Below are positions 33,560 through 42,752 of a stretch of 58,162 nt of DNA, in pieces. The notes under the pieces were generated by a model. It saw only the letters and a program-made list of their open reading frames with translations, had not been told where the DNA came from and searched no databases. This DNA comes from a bacterium (GTDB lineage: Bacteria > Patescibacteriota > Patescibacteriia > UBA2196), in contig DAOOOW010000004.1 in the NCBI GenBank assembly GCA_035387885.1, positions 1-58,162 of the forward strand. The letters run 5' to 3'. Each line of letters starts with the position of its first letter. The stretch's first letter is position 1. A program made the translations under genes and the position numbers.

Positions 33560-34090
33560 CTAATAAAAAATAATTTTCGAAGCAGACATCGTGCTAGCTC
33601 GCTTTTTTAATCTATCTTCATCTTCAATCATCATAGCCCCACAACGACCGTCATATCTTTTATACATTTTTTTCATCATACCCTTTCTAACAAAAACATC
33701 ATTAACACCCAAAAAATCAATTAAAAAACCAGCAATTAAAAGTGAAATTATAAATCCAATCACAATTATTAAAAAATTTTTTTTATAAGAAAAATCATAT
33801 TTCTTAAACATACCAACGCCTAATAGTATCCCCAAAACAGCCAAAATAATCGCCCACCAAGGAAAACTAGCCACAATTTGATCATATCTATAGCCACGCA
33901 TATAACCATTAGTCCTCAAAGAAAAAAAAGCAAAGTTGACTAAAAAAATAGTTACCACCAAAATACTAACCAAACCAACAACTGAAGCTACAGAACCAAA
34001 TATAAAATACCACTTTGGCTTCATTTTTATTTGTCCAGATTTAATTCTCTCCATTATTTTTTCTTTAAGGTCTATTTCTTTATTTGACAT
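33560..34090 (-). CDS. Putative membrane-spanning anti-sigma factor
   Basis: It overlaps the ECF sigma stop by 19 nt. A short cytoplasmic N-terminus is followed by 4 TM segments. Confidence 0.55.
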   Translation of the reverse strand: MSNKEIDLKEKIMERIKSGQIKMKPKWYFIFGSVASVVGLVSILVVTIFLVNFAFFSLRTNGYMRGYRYDQIVASFPWWAIILAVLGILLGVGMFKKYDFSYKKNFLIIVIGFIISLLIAGFLIDFLGVNDVFVRKGMMKKMYKRYDGRCGAMMIEDEDRLKKRASTMSASKIIFY

Positions 34091-34617
34091 ATTTTTTTCA
34101 TAAAAATTTTAGCTCGATTAATCCTGGTCCCGACTGTACCCAAGGGAAGCCTCAAAATATCGGCTATTTCATTATAGGATTTTTCTTCCAAAAAATATAA
34201 AGATAATGGTTCCCTGTACAAAATAGGTATTTTATCCAAACAGCTTCTTACTTTTTGAATCATCTCCTGCCGATCAAAATCGGGTTCCGTGCCACCTTCA
34301 CTTCTAATATCAAAGCCTTCCGGCATTTCAACATGTTGCTTATTTTTTTTAATTTCATTAATTGCCTCATTGTGTACAATTCTATAAATCCAGGTCGAAA
34401 ATTTCATCTCTGTTTTAAAACTTTTTAAATTTATAAAAGCCTTAATAAAAGAATTTTGCACAATATCAGCCGCCTTGTCACTATCTTTGGATAAAGAATT
34501 GGCATATCTAAACAATTTTTTCTGATATCTCAAAACTATTTCCGAAAACAATTCCTGGTCTTCTTTGGCGATATATTCAACCAATTGTTCGTCTGATAAC
34601 TGCACAGTATTTTGCAT
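34072..34617 (-). CDS. ECF-type RNA polymerase sigma-70 family factor
   Basis: Region 2 reads D.VQ..FIKAF......F..W.YRI..N. The region 4 HTH reads SY.EIA..L..P.GTV..R..RA. Confidence 0.9.
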   Translation of the reverse strand: MQNTVQLSDEQLVEYIAKEDQELFSEIVLRYQKKLFRYANSLSKDSDKAADIVQNSFIKAFINLKSFKTEMKFSTWIYRIVHNEAINEIKKNKQHVEMPEGFDIRSEGGTEPDFDRQEMIQKVRSCLDKIPILYREPLSLYFLEEKSYNEIADILRLPLGTVGTRINRAKIFMKKICQIKK

Positions 34618-34650
34618 ATATAAATATTACCAATCTAAAAAATAAAAAGC

Positions 34651-34687
34651 AACAAACTCCGGCTTGAGATTACAAGCCGGGTTTGTT
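34651..34687 (-). terminator. Intrinsic terminator after 34698..35102
   Basis: A 15-bp stem (AACAAACCCGGCTTG/CAAGCCGGAGTTTGTT) is followed by a T-run in the minus sense. Confidence 0.75.
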
Positions 34688-34697
34688 TTATTAATAA

Positions 34698-35102
34698 TTA
34701 TCTTGAATAACGCTCATATCCTTGAACTTGACCTTTGCCTTGACTGTGACCAGGCCCAGCTTTTTGCCCACCAACCCTTAAGCCCAATTCTTGTCTTATT
34801 TTGTTGGCCTCTTCATATTTTCCCTGCATAGCCAAATCGTGGGCTTCAGTAAATTTGGCAAAGTTTTCTTGGTTGACAACCTGGTTTACTCGCCCACCCT
34901 TGCCGGCCATCAATTCTTTCCAGGCGGAATAATCTCTGTTTTGAAAGGCACTGGTCATCAAGACGTGTCTTTCTTCTGAATAATTTGGCCCTTTTTGAGT
35001 ATAATCTCCCTGATAGGCCAAAACCTGACTCGCGCCCAGAGCCCCGAACAAGACCGCGAATCCGAGGAACGAAGGCATTAATATTTTTTTATTAATTTTC
35101 AT
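34698..35102 (-). CDS. Small secreted protein of unknown function
   Basis: It has a signal peptide (..GASQVLA) and its own terminator. Confidence 0.6.
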   Translation of the reverse strand: MKINKKILMPSFLGFAVLFGALGASQVLAYQGDYTQKGPNYSEERHVLMTSAFQNRDYSAWKELMAGKGGRVNQVVNQENFAKFTEAHDLAMQGKYEEANKIRQELGLRVGGQKAGPGHSQGKGQVQGYERYSR

Positions 35103-35204
35103 ATATTTATATTATTTAGCTAATATATATTCTAATAATTAACGACCTTTCACTATTAATACAACTCAAAGGCGTCTTTTCTTTCATTTTTATATTTTAT
35201 TCAT

Positions 35205-35250
35205 AAATTAAAAATCCACCAGCATAAAGTTGATGAGTTTTTTAATTCTC
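35205..35250. repeat. Direct repeat copy 1; its partner is at 42228-42273
   Basis: The 37-nt core at 35214-35250 is identical to 42237-42273. It extends ~10 nt further with one indel. Confidence 0.9.
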
Positions 35251-35345
35251 CCAACCTCGGTCTAGTACTACCAGATTGGGGTCTTTTGGGGGTTCTTTGG
35301 GCGACTTGTACTGTGGTAAACAACGGGAACGGGTCGAGGTCTTTA
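35251..35345. other. G-tract-rich structured element adjacent to repeat copy 1
   Basis: A CCTCG...CGAGG closing stem and TACCA/TGGTA pairing are present. The TTGGGGTC TTTTGGGGGTTC TTTGGGCG tracts lie at 35276-35303. Confidence 0.3.
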
Positions 35346-35427
35346 TATTAAAATTTTAACACAAATGGGACAAATGGGACAGTATAAAAAAGAGTGTCTA
35401 ATTTAATATAATTCAAACAATAAAAAA

Positions 35428-36008
35428 TCACTTCTTCTCGCTGGCTTTTAAAAACAGCGAGGCCGATATTATAAACAATGTGGCGAAAAATCCGCTAAGG
35501 ACAAATACTCCGGGAACGCTGGGCGACCATGAGATAACGCTGGGGGGCCAAATAAAAAACGCAATCACAGGAACCAACATTTGAGCGAACGCTGTTATAT
35601 ACAACGCAATCGCCATTCCTTTCGGATTTAAGCGAGCGATAGAAACACCGCTAACGCCAATTAACAAGACTCCGCCATACAACAGATTAGCTGGGTTGTC
35701 TTCATTTCCGATAATACCAACAGCCCCGTTTATCCAAATAAGAAGCAAAGCTGTCGCTATTGCCACGCCCACCCCTGCTTTATAGGAAATATATCGCTGG
35801 ATCTTCTTGAAATCAATTCGTAAGCAATGCCCGAGCCAAATAAGAAAACACCGACCATAATAAAATCGCCTAAGCTCCAATCCCAGCCACCGCCTTGACC
35901 TCCGTTAATAGTCGCGTTTGGGTTTATCAAAGTTAATACCAAAGGTATCAAAAGTATAATTCCCGTTCCGATCGCAAAATAAATTATTCTTTTGTTTTTC
36001 TTCTCCAT
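35428..36008 (-). pseudogene. Multi-TM membrane protein gene split by a frameshift near 35790-35830
   Basis: The 83-aa and 150-aa ORFs overlap in different frames and read through as one ~200-aa hydrophobic protein. G+C is higher than in the neighbouring genes. Confidence 0.6.
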
Positions 36009-36208
36009 ATCTTTTTTCTAATTATCAATTTCCAAAAGCCGATTAAAGTTATTAAAAGTCCGATCCCTTGAGCGCCGGGGCTGTCGTCATATCCGCCGAA
36101 TATGATTATAGAAACGCCTAATATTAACACGGGCAAAAATAAAAGCATTCTTCGCCATTTATGATCTTTTTCCTCTTGGTCTGATTGTATTTTTATTTCG
36201 TTCTTCAT
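35984..36208 (-). CDS. Small 2-TM membrane protein
   Basis: 74-aa ORF with two hydrophobic helices. Confidence 0.5.
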   Translation of the reverse strand: MKNEIKIQSDQEEKDHKWRRMLLFLPVLILGVSIIIFGGYDDSPGAQGIGLLITLIGFWKLIIRKKIWRRKTKE

Positions 36209-36212
36209 AAAT

Positions 36213-37574
36213 TTATTCAGTAGTCATTCTAATCTCACCACATTTATCTTTATACTCGTTTATAATATCAAAAATATCATCTATTACAGGTTCTTGGGCT
36301 GTTATTTCTCTACCATCTTTAAAAACAGCTGTTACTTCTAAAGCATGGGTTTGCATAATAGATGCTATTTCACAATTTGCAATAGCCTGTTTTATCAAAT
36401 TCCAATTAGAAATATTAGTAAAAGCGTATTCTTCGGCTTTTGCAATTAAATCTTCTACATCATGTTCTAATATTTTTTGCTGAACATCATCTGGAAATAT
36501 TCTTTTAATATCTTTTGAATAATTAGACCCATCCCCTGGAGCTTCGTAAGAAAATTTATTCAAATCATAATATGATAATTCATTTGGATAATCTATTTTA
36601 GCCGGGCCAGACGAACCGCTTACTGTTTTTAATTCATTGTCTTCAATCACATATTCCCCACAATAAGCCCAAATGTATAATGGAAATAATTCTTGATCAG
36701 GTTTTAGGTTTTTAATCGTACAAAAACTATGACTGTCCTCCCTGTTTTTCCAGCTGAAATGTTTTTCAGTCAAAAGATAATTAGATATCGCTTTTTCAAT
36801 TTTGTCATTGCTAAAATTATTTTCTATTAAATTTTTATCAATCTCATATCCGTAAGTCAGCCAAACTCTATCCTCTTCACCACCCAAACAACTTAAATGG
36901 ATATCAGCTTGATGTTTGTCATTTTCCAGCCTAACTATAGTATTGCCCATCGCCCCTCCCTGTATATCAGACGCAAACTCCAAAGTTAGTTCATTATTCT
37001 CGCCGTCTAATGACCGCAAAATTCCATACTTAAGATCATACTCAACTACCTTGAGCGGATCATGTCGCCAAGTCACCAAGCCTTCTTGATAAAGTGAGTG
37101 ATAAACATTTAACAATTCACGACGTTCAGCCGGAGTTGATATTTTTGTTACCAAATTATAGCTAGCTAGCTCTTCTATTTTCATTTGTGATATTTTAGCA
37201 CCAAAGTTATTAATCCTAATCGGAAAATATATTAGTAAAAAAATAATCAGCAATGACAAAATAACATTTCTAAATCCCATTTTTCCGACTTGCTTATCTT
37301 TTTTATAATAAACCCATAAAAAAATTGATATTACCAAAAAGAAAAGCGTAAAATACAAAAGTGGGAAAAAGAAAAACCACGAATAATTATTTTCAAAATT
37401 TTCTAGAAAAATACTGCCAAAATTATTGTGAAATATGTTGCCAGACCGACCGCCACCCATCCACAAATCAGGGATGGAAATAAAAGTTGAAAATAAAAGC
37501 AACGTTCCCCCAACCAGCGCTACACTAAAAAATCGGGACAAATATTCACTGATAATTACTAAAACATTTTTCAT
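36213..37574 (-). CDS. Membrane-anchored hypothetical protein
   Basis: It has N-terminal TM segments and a ~330-aa soluble domain with no motif I recognise. Confidence 0.65.
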   Translation of the reverse strand: MKNVLVIISEYLSRFFSVALVGGTLLLFSTFISIPDLWMGGGRSGNIFHNNFGSIFLENFENNYSWFFFFPLLYFTLFFLVISIFLWVYYKKDKQVGKMGFRNVILSLLIIFLLIYFPIRINNFGAKISQMKIEELASYNLVTKISTPAERRELLNVYHSLYQEGLVTWRHDPLKVVEYDLKYGILRSLDGENNELTLEFASDIQGGAMGNTIVRLENDKHQADIHLSCLGGEEDRVWLTYGYEIDKNLIENNFSNDKIEKAISNYLLTEKHFSWKNREDSHSFCTIKNLKPDQELFPLYIWAYCGEYVIEDNELKTVSGSSGPAKIDYPNELSYYDLNKFSYEAPGDGSNYSKDIKRIFPDDVQQKILEHDVEDLIAKAEEYAFTNISNWNLIKQAIANCEIASIMQTHALEVTAVFKDGREITAQEPVIDDIFDIINEYKDKCGEIRMTTE

Positions 37575-37597
37575 AAATATATTTTTAAAATTTATAA

Positions 37598-39028
37598 TTA
37601 ATCATAATAATTCACGATGCCAGAATTTTTGCCTGACACAACTTCCATATTGCCTGTAACATATACATTTAATCTGCTCGTATTTATCGCGTTAATTGCC
37701 GCTTGCTCCGTTGTAAATTTATCCATTTCAATCCAGCAATCACCTGAATTTATTATTAAATTTTTAGCTGAACCAGTCAGATTGATTATACCACCTTCAG
37801 CTTCTAATTTTAACGTATTAGCAACTTCTATATTACCTTTTATATTATTAAATCTATGAGTAAGTTTTATTTCCAAATTATTAATTTCCAAATCTTCTAA
37901 TATAATATTAGCGGCTTCATTCTCTATTTTTTCAATATCGGGCATTGTTATTTCTATTGTTAAACGCTTAGTGCCGGCTGCAAATGGTATTTTATCATTC
38001 TCCATCGTCCAAGTATTGGTATTATAATATGTCTCCAATTCCGATCTTTTGATATTTAAAGTATCGCCGACTTTGGCAAATTCTAATCCAATCTGGTCAT
38101 ACTCGCTGCCTATGACTTTAATATCAAAATATTCACCTTGCTTAATTATTATGTCGTCAAACTTAACGTAGCGTGGAATATAAATACTATCAAAATCTTT
38201 AATATCAATACTGACTTCTTGCATTTTTTCTTTGAGCTCAGTCTTTTTATTTTGAAATTCGGTATTCAGGTGACAAGACTGCAAGATAAAAATTCCCAAG
38301 CATAATATGAATAATAAAATTAATTTTAAAAATAATTTTAAATTAAAAATATTTTTCTTACTGGAAAACAGCATTAACCCCAATATTCCTACAAAAAACA
38401 ATGGTATTGTAATAATGGCCAGCAAAGATAAAAGCGATAAATAATAGTTAAAAAATCCAACAACGTCTATTATCCTAAAATCAACCATTACGTGCTGAAG
38501 CCAAGAACATGAGGGATTAAAAAATAAAATCAAAAATATAATTACAGATGTCAATATTCCCAACGACCCCACGCCCAAAAATATTCCTCCAAATATTTTT
38601 CTCAAAGTTATGGTTATTTTTGAATTTGGATATTTCTTAAATTGCTCCGATATGCCTCTGATAACCAAACCAATCAACCCGCCAGCCAGACTTAAAACAA
38701 CAAAAGGGAAAAACATATCTAAAAACATATAGAAGTCAAAAGGTGGTTTGTACAAATACAAATGACGTGAATATTCAACAAAATAAGCGACCAAGACAAT
38801 AGCTATATTGTTAACCAAAGTGCCAATAAAAAGAATCGGCAAAAATTCATAACTTCTATTTTTATTTTGTAGCAATATAAACAAAATACCACTAACAAGT
38901 GGTATGAGTAGATATATAAGAATTACGGGGATGTAACCAAATACCATACCATCCAAACTGCGTGGCGATAACATAATAAGCAAGTTGATAATTACAGTGC
39001 CAATAAAAATAAAGGATATTTTTTTCAT
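37598..39028 (-). CDS. Polytopic membrane protein with a C-terminal DUF2807/GIN-like beta-helix (putative adhesin head) domain
   Basis: It has about 8 TM segments. Repetitive beta-strand units follow (..NIKGNIEVANTLKLEAEGGIINLTGSAKNLIINSGD..). Confidence 0.65.
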   Translation of the reverse strand: MKKISFIFIGTVIINLLIMLSPRSLDGMVFGYIPVILIYLLIPLVSGILFILLQNKNRSYEFLPILFIGTLVNNIAIVLVAYFVEYSRHLYLYKPPFDFYMFLDMFFPFVVLSLAGGLIGLVIRGISEQFKKYPNSKITITLRKIFGGIFLGVGSLGILTSVIIFLILFFNPSCSWLQHVMVDFRIIDVVGFFNYYLSLLSLLAIITIPLFFVGILGLMLFSSKKNIFNLKLFLKLILLFILCLGIFILQSCHLNTEFQNKKTELKEKMQEVSIDIKDFDSIYIPRYVKFDDIIIKQGEYFDIKVIGSEYDQIGLEFAKVGDTLNIKRSELETYYNTNTWTMENDKIPFAAGTKRLTIEITMPDIEKIENEAANIILEDLEINNLEIKLTHRFNNIKGNIEVANTLKLEAEGGIINLTGSAKNLIINSGDCWIEMDKFTTEQAAINAINTSRLNVYVTGNMEVVSGKNSGIVNYYD

Positions 39029-39040
39029 AATATATTTAAA

Positions 39041-39922
39041 TTACCAATAAATCACATTTTCATTATCTGACCAAAAAACATTTTCATATCTGTTTTTAGA
39101 TAGCCTGTTGTTTTGTTTAATAATTTCGCCTTTTTCTGGGTCAAAAATAAATAAAGTCCAATATTCGTTTACTGTATCATAATCAACTGATTTAATCTTT
39201 GCTTCAATCGCTATCCGACTACTATCAGGAGAAAAAACCACATGGTTAAAATCAAGCAATTTCATTTCTTTAAAATGAGTAATAAAATACCCATCATTTA
39301 TAAAAGATAAATTAATCAGTCTTAAGCTTAAGTTCTGATTGTTGCAACTGTGATCTATTTCCATAACAGGTGGATTTTTATCACACTCACTTTCTAGAAA
39401 AACAACCTTTCTACCATCTTGCGATTTAGCAACTAATTTACCTTTAGTCGGTAATTCTACAGTTTTTCTGGTTTTAAAATTTAAATAATAATTAGTAAAT
39501 GGACCATTATATAATTTACTATCTTGAGGCCATTGCCAAGCCGAGCCAATTAAAGTGTCTTTTGTTAAAGGTGTAAGTATTGGATCTATATAATTAGTAT
39601 AAAAACCCAAGGAATCTTTAATCTCTCCATTTTTCGTGATTCTAGTCCGACCAACACCAAAATCAGCATCTTCTCCTATATGATTAAAAGAAAACATACC
39701 TTCATATTTATCAATATTGAAAATAGACGGCTCATTTAAACTTAAAATTTGTCCTGATAAATTGTTGATTTCATTATCAATATCATCAAGCTTATTTTGA
39801 GTATGACAATTGAAATACGGGGGTTGTGTCAAACAAGCATCACCGCGTTTAAACCAATAAATAAAAATAGCAACTATTGCTAATATTATTAGCGCTAAAA
39901 CAATACAAATTTTTCTTTTCAT
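39041..39922 (-). CDS. Membrane-anchored hypothetical protein, possibly beta-propeller (PD40-like)
   Basis: It has an N-terminal TM and a TolB-like repeat signature (FSPDSSRIAIEA). Confidence 0.6.
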   Translation of the reverse strand: MKRKICIVLALIILAIVAIFIYWFKRGDACLTQPPYFNCHTQNKLDDIDNEINNLSGQILSLNEPSIFNIDKYEGMFSFNHIGEDADFGVGRTRITKNGEIKDSLGFYTNYIDPILTPLTKDTLIGSAWQWPQDSKLYNGPFTNYYLNFKTRKTVELPTKGKLVAKSQDGRKVVFLESECDKNPPVMEIDHSCNNQNLSLRLINLSFINDGYFITHFKEMKLLDFNHVVFSPDSSRIAIEAKIKSVDYDTVNEYWTLFIFDPEKGEIIKQNNRLSKNRYENVFWSDNENVIYW

Positions 39923-39951
39923 GTTGTTTATTATACCTTATTTAAGAAAAA

Positions 39952-39978
39952 AAAACACCTGTTAAAACAGGTGTTTTT
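39952..39978. terminator. Bidirectional-type terminator hairpin
   Basis: The sequence is AAAAACACCTGT-TAAA-ACAGGTGTTTTT. Confidence 0.65.
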
Positions 39979-40044
39979 AAAATTCATTGGCCCAGAAGGG
40001 ATTACTTTCGGCTTTGGATGGTTAATAATGATTAATAGTTTTAC

Positions 40045-41547
40045 CTATTGAACCTGTCTTAAGCTACTACCATCCCATTCAATCACTGGTTCATCACCAT
40101 ATTTCGCCTTTATTTCTACTGAATGATTTTGCCAAGTTCCATATTCAATGGTCTTGTTTTTTGGCCCCTCAAAAGGAGCTATGGCAAAATAAACCGTTAT
40201 TCTATAACTATCGGCTAGCATTTCCGCTGATTGACTATTCTTTTTTAGATCAGATGGACGGAAACCATGTTTGAAGCTTTCTCCCTGACCATAGACTTTC
40301 CCCATTGTATAGATGCCGCCGACATCTCTATCCTCGGCCGGATTAGCCGCCAGATCATCCCAACAAGTTGGATTAAAACAAACATCCATCATATAAGATT
40401 CTCCGCTGACATTCACAATTTTAAAAATCTGATTAGAATTAATATCAGAATTAGTTTTTGGAGTTTCCGTGCTAACTTCTTCTTTTAGAACTTCTGTTGG
40501 CTTTACTTCTTGCTTGATTTCTTCTTTAATTTCTTCTTCAATTTGTTTCATTATTTCCTCAACTTTTTCTCCGCTTTTAACGATATTATTTTCTTTCATC
40601 CACTCAGGCACTTCCTCCTCAGTCAACCCAGCCACACTAGCTTTAGTTTCACCCTTTTCATCAGTTTTAATGCTAATTCCCAATATTTTTTCGTCTTGAA
40701 TGGCTGATCTGATTTGATCGGCAGCAAAATAGCCAGCACTAACTTTTTCCATCGCCTTTGACATATTTCCCGGCAAATTGGCAATTGTCAAAATACTAGC
40801 TGCTGGTTCAGTCACTGCTCTCGCCTTATTTACCATTTCCGATACCTTATTTTTATCTCCCAGAGCTATTCTGGCTTCATCATCCGCCACCTCCAAAACC
40901 AAATCCGCACCGCCTACCACTGTCGCTGTCGTTGCCAAAACCCCAGTAGCACCTCCGGTCAGCACTACCCCTCCCACAAACACCGTCACCTTGGCTCCGT
41001 TTTTAATTCTCATTGAATTTTGTTCGCAAGTTTCAAAGACATCTCCTTCCTCCCCATAAGCCTCTCGGGTAATTTGATCTTGAGTTTGGTTCAAAATTAA
41101 GTGAGCCATTTTGACATCAACTCCCAGGTGTTTAGCCAGGGTTCTTACAGTTTTACCAGCTGGAGCACTTTCAATTACTTTTTGAATTTCAACTGAAGTA
41201 TAAGCAGAAGCACCTTTTACTAAATTAAATGCTGTTTTTTTATTAGCCATTTTGTCAGCTTCTTTTTCTAACTCCGCTACTTCGCCTTCCAGCGCTTTCC
41301 ACCCATCAATAACAGCACTCATTTCAGTATTCCATTTATCATAATCTCCGTACTCTTTGGCTTTTTCTAAAACATTTTCAGTCCGATATCTAAGTAGAGT
41401 ATATTCTTTTGAAACGGATAGGGTTTTTCTATAAACCGTCTGGTCTAAAGTTGGAGTTTTGTCTCCTTTTTTTAAGGCCAAAAAACCGACGACCATGACT
41501 ATTATTACAGTAACAATTGCGATTGGCAAGATTTTTTTTATCGACAT
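40045..41547 (-). CDS. Membrane-anchored hypothetical protein with a Gly/Val/Thr-rich segment and a Glu/Lys-rich linker
   Basis: It is a 500-aa ORF with an N-terminal TM and no motif I recognise. Confidence 0.65.
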   Translation of the reverse strand: MSIKKILPIAIVTVIIVMVVGFLALKKGDKTPTLDQTVYRKTLSVSKEYTLLRYRTENVLEKAKEYGDYDKWNTEMSAVIDGWKALEGEVAELEKEADKMANKKTAFNLVKGASAYTSVEIQKVIESAPAGKTVRTLAKHLGVDVKMAHLILNQTQDQITREAYGEEGDVFETCEQNSMRIKNGAKVTVFVGGVVLTGGATGVLATTATVVGGADLVLEVADDEARIALGDKNKVSEMVNKARAVTEPAASILTIANLPGNMSKAMEKVSAGYFAADQIRSAIQDEKILGISIKTDEKGETKASVAGLTEEEVPEWMKENNIVKSGEKVEEIMKQIEEEIKEEIKQEVKPTEVLKEEVSTETPKTNSDINSNQIFKIVNVSGESYMMDVCFNPTCWDDLAANPAEDRDVGGIYTMGKVYGQGESFKHGFRPSDLKKNSQSAEMLADSYRITVYFAIAPFEGPKNKTIEYGTWQNHSVEIKAKYGDEPVIEWDGSSLRQVQ

Positions 41548-41631
41548 AGGCTATTTTATTAAAAATTAATAAGACATATTTATCCCTATAAAAATAGAAA
41601 AGTTCTGACAAAAATAAATATTAATATTTAT

Positions 41632-42129
41632 TTAATCGACAATATAGTTTCTTTCAGCTTTGAAAGTTTCGATTAGGTTTTCTTGAAAATCTTTGATTAA
41701 CACCGTTACCTCGACTCTAAGTTTACCCACTTTTTCAATAAATGTAGAAGTAAAAGCACATGTATTATCTCCACCAGCGCTCAACACTGTCCGAACTGTC
41801 TGTTCTTTATAAAGCACTTCTTCATTGTTTTCGTTAAGGTAAAATCTCCATTCACAAAAACCAAATTTTCCGTATTCATCCTCAAAATTATCAATCTTAG
41901 CCGACCACATTCGAGCTTGTCTGGCTTGGAACATTTCTTCCTCTGGGCTAATTATTATTACCTCAATTGGTTTTTTCTCTTTTTCTTCAACAGGGGCAAT
42001 TTCGGCACTTTTCTCGCTAATGTTTATTTCTTGTTTTGTCGTTTGTTTTGGTTGTTTTAATTTAATAAACACTGTTCCCGAAATTATTAAAATTAACAAG
42101 ACAAGGATTATCCATCTATTATTTTTCAT
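41632..42129 (-). CDS. Membrane-anchored hypothetical protein
   Basis: 165-aa ORF with an N-terminal TM. Confidence 0.6.
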   Translation of the reverse strand: MKNNRWIILVLLILIISGTVFIKLKQPKQTTKQEINISEKSAEIAPVEEKEKKPIEVIIISPEEEMFQARQARMWSAKIDNFEDEYGKFGFCEWRFYLNENNEEVLYKEQTVRTVLSAGGDNTCAFTSTFIEKVGKLRVEVTVLIKDFQENLIETFKAERNYIVD

Positions 42130-42227
42130 TTTTTCATAATTTAATTATAAATTTGGCTATTTTTTAATTGTTTTCCTAGCCCAAGACATGTTTGCCCAGC
42201 GCCAATATTATTATGAGTTTACTTAAA

Positions 42228-42273
42228 AATTAAAAAATCCACCAGCATAAAGTTGATGAGTTTTTTAATTCTC
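42228..42273. repeat. Direct repeat copy 2; it abuts and overlaps by 3 nt the 3' end of tRNA-Asn copy 2
   Basis: See the repeat at 35205-35250. Confidence 0.9.
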
Positions 42274-42342
42274 GGGGACAGGGATTCGAACCCTGGACCC
42301 ACTGGTTAACAGCCAGTTGCTCTACCACTGAGCTATCCCCGA
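42271..42342 (-). tRNA. tRNA-Asn(GUU), copy 2
   Basis: The reverse complement reads TCGGGGA-TA-GCTCAGTGGTAGAGC-A-ACTGG-CTGTTAA-CCAGT..CAGGG-TTCGAAT-CCCTG-TCCCCGA-G. Confidence 0.9.
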
Positions 42343-42378
42343 ATATATGGACAATAAAAAAAGAACGATTTTAATTAG

Positions 42379-42574
42379 ACGAGCATAGCGCAACTGGCTG
42401 AACAGCCGCCAGAAGTGACATTAAGTCACTTCTTGACCTCCACCGCTGTCTGTCCCGCTCAAAGTTCTTGGTAACACTTAAATATCGTAGGACGAGAGCC
42501 GTAGGCGCTTCCTTGCCACCAATCTCTCACCGTTAATTTCGTCTCTAAACTTTGGGCGGGGAGCTATCCCCGAA
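42379..42574. ncRNA. Unclassified GC-rich structured element between rpoD and tRNA-Asn
   Basis: A ~200-nt G+C-rich patch holds perfect hairpins (AGAAGTGAC-ATTAA-GTCACTTCT; CGGGGA-TAGC-TCCCCG). No ORF is present. It is bracketed by a 14-nt direct repeat of the tRNA 5' end. Confidence 0.35.
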
Positions 42575-42752
42575 CAATTCCAATTTTAAATTTTAAAATA
42601 ATTTTAAATATCTGAATTTTAAAAATTAATAAAAAACACATCCCAAATAGTGCAAACTTATTTTAACAAATATAAAAAATATGTAAAGAAATTATGAAAA
42701 ATCCACGATATCTCTCGAGCCCAAGTAATCGAGACTCTGGATAAACTTATTA

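Noticed and set aside
42379-42574. Possible RNase P RNA, tmRNA or SRP RNA upstream of tRNA-Asn copy 2
   Set aside because: The same motif checks failed on both strands. The apparent tRNA-like 5' end is explained by a 14-nt duplication of the neighbouring tRNA.
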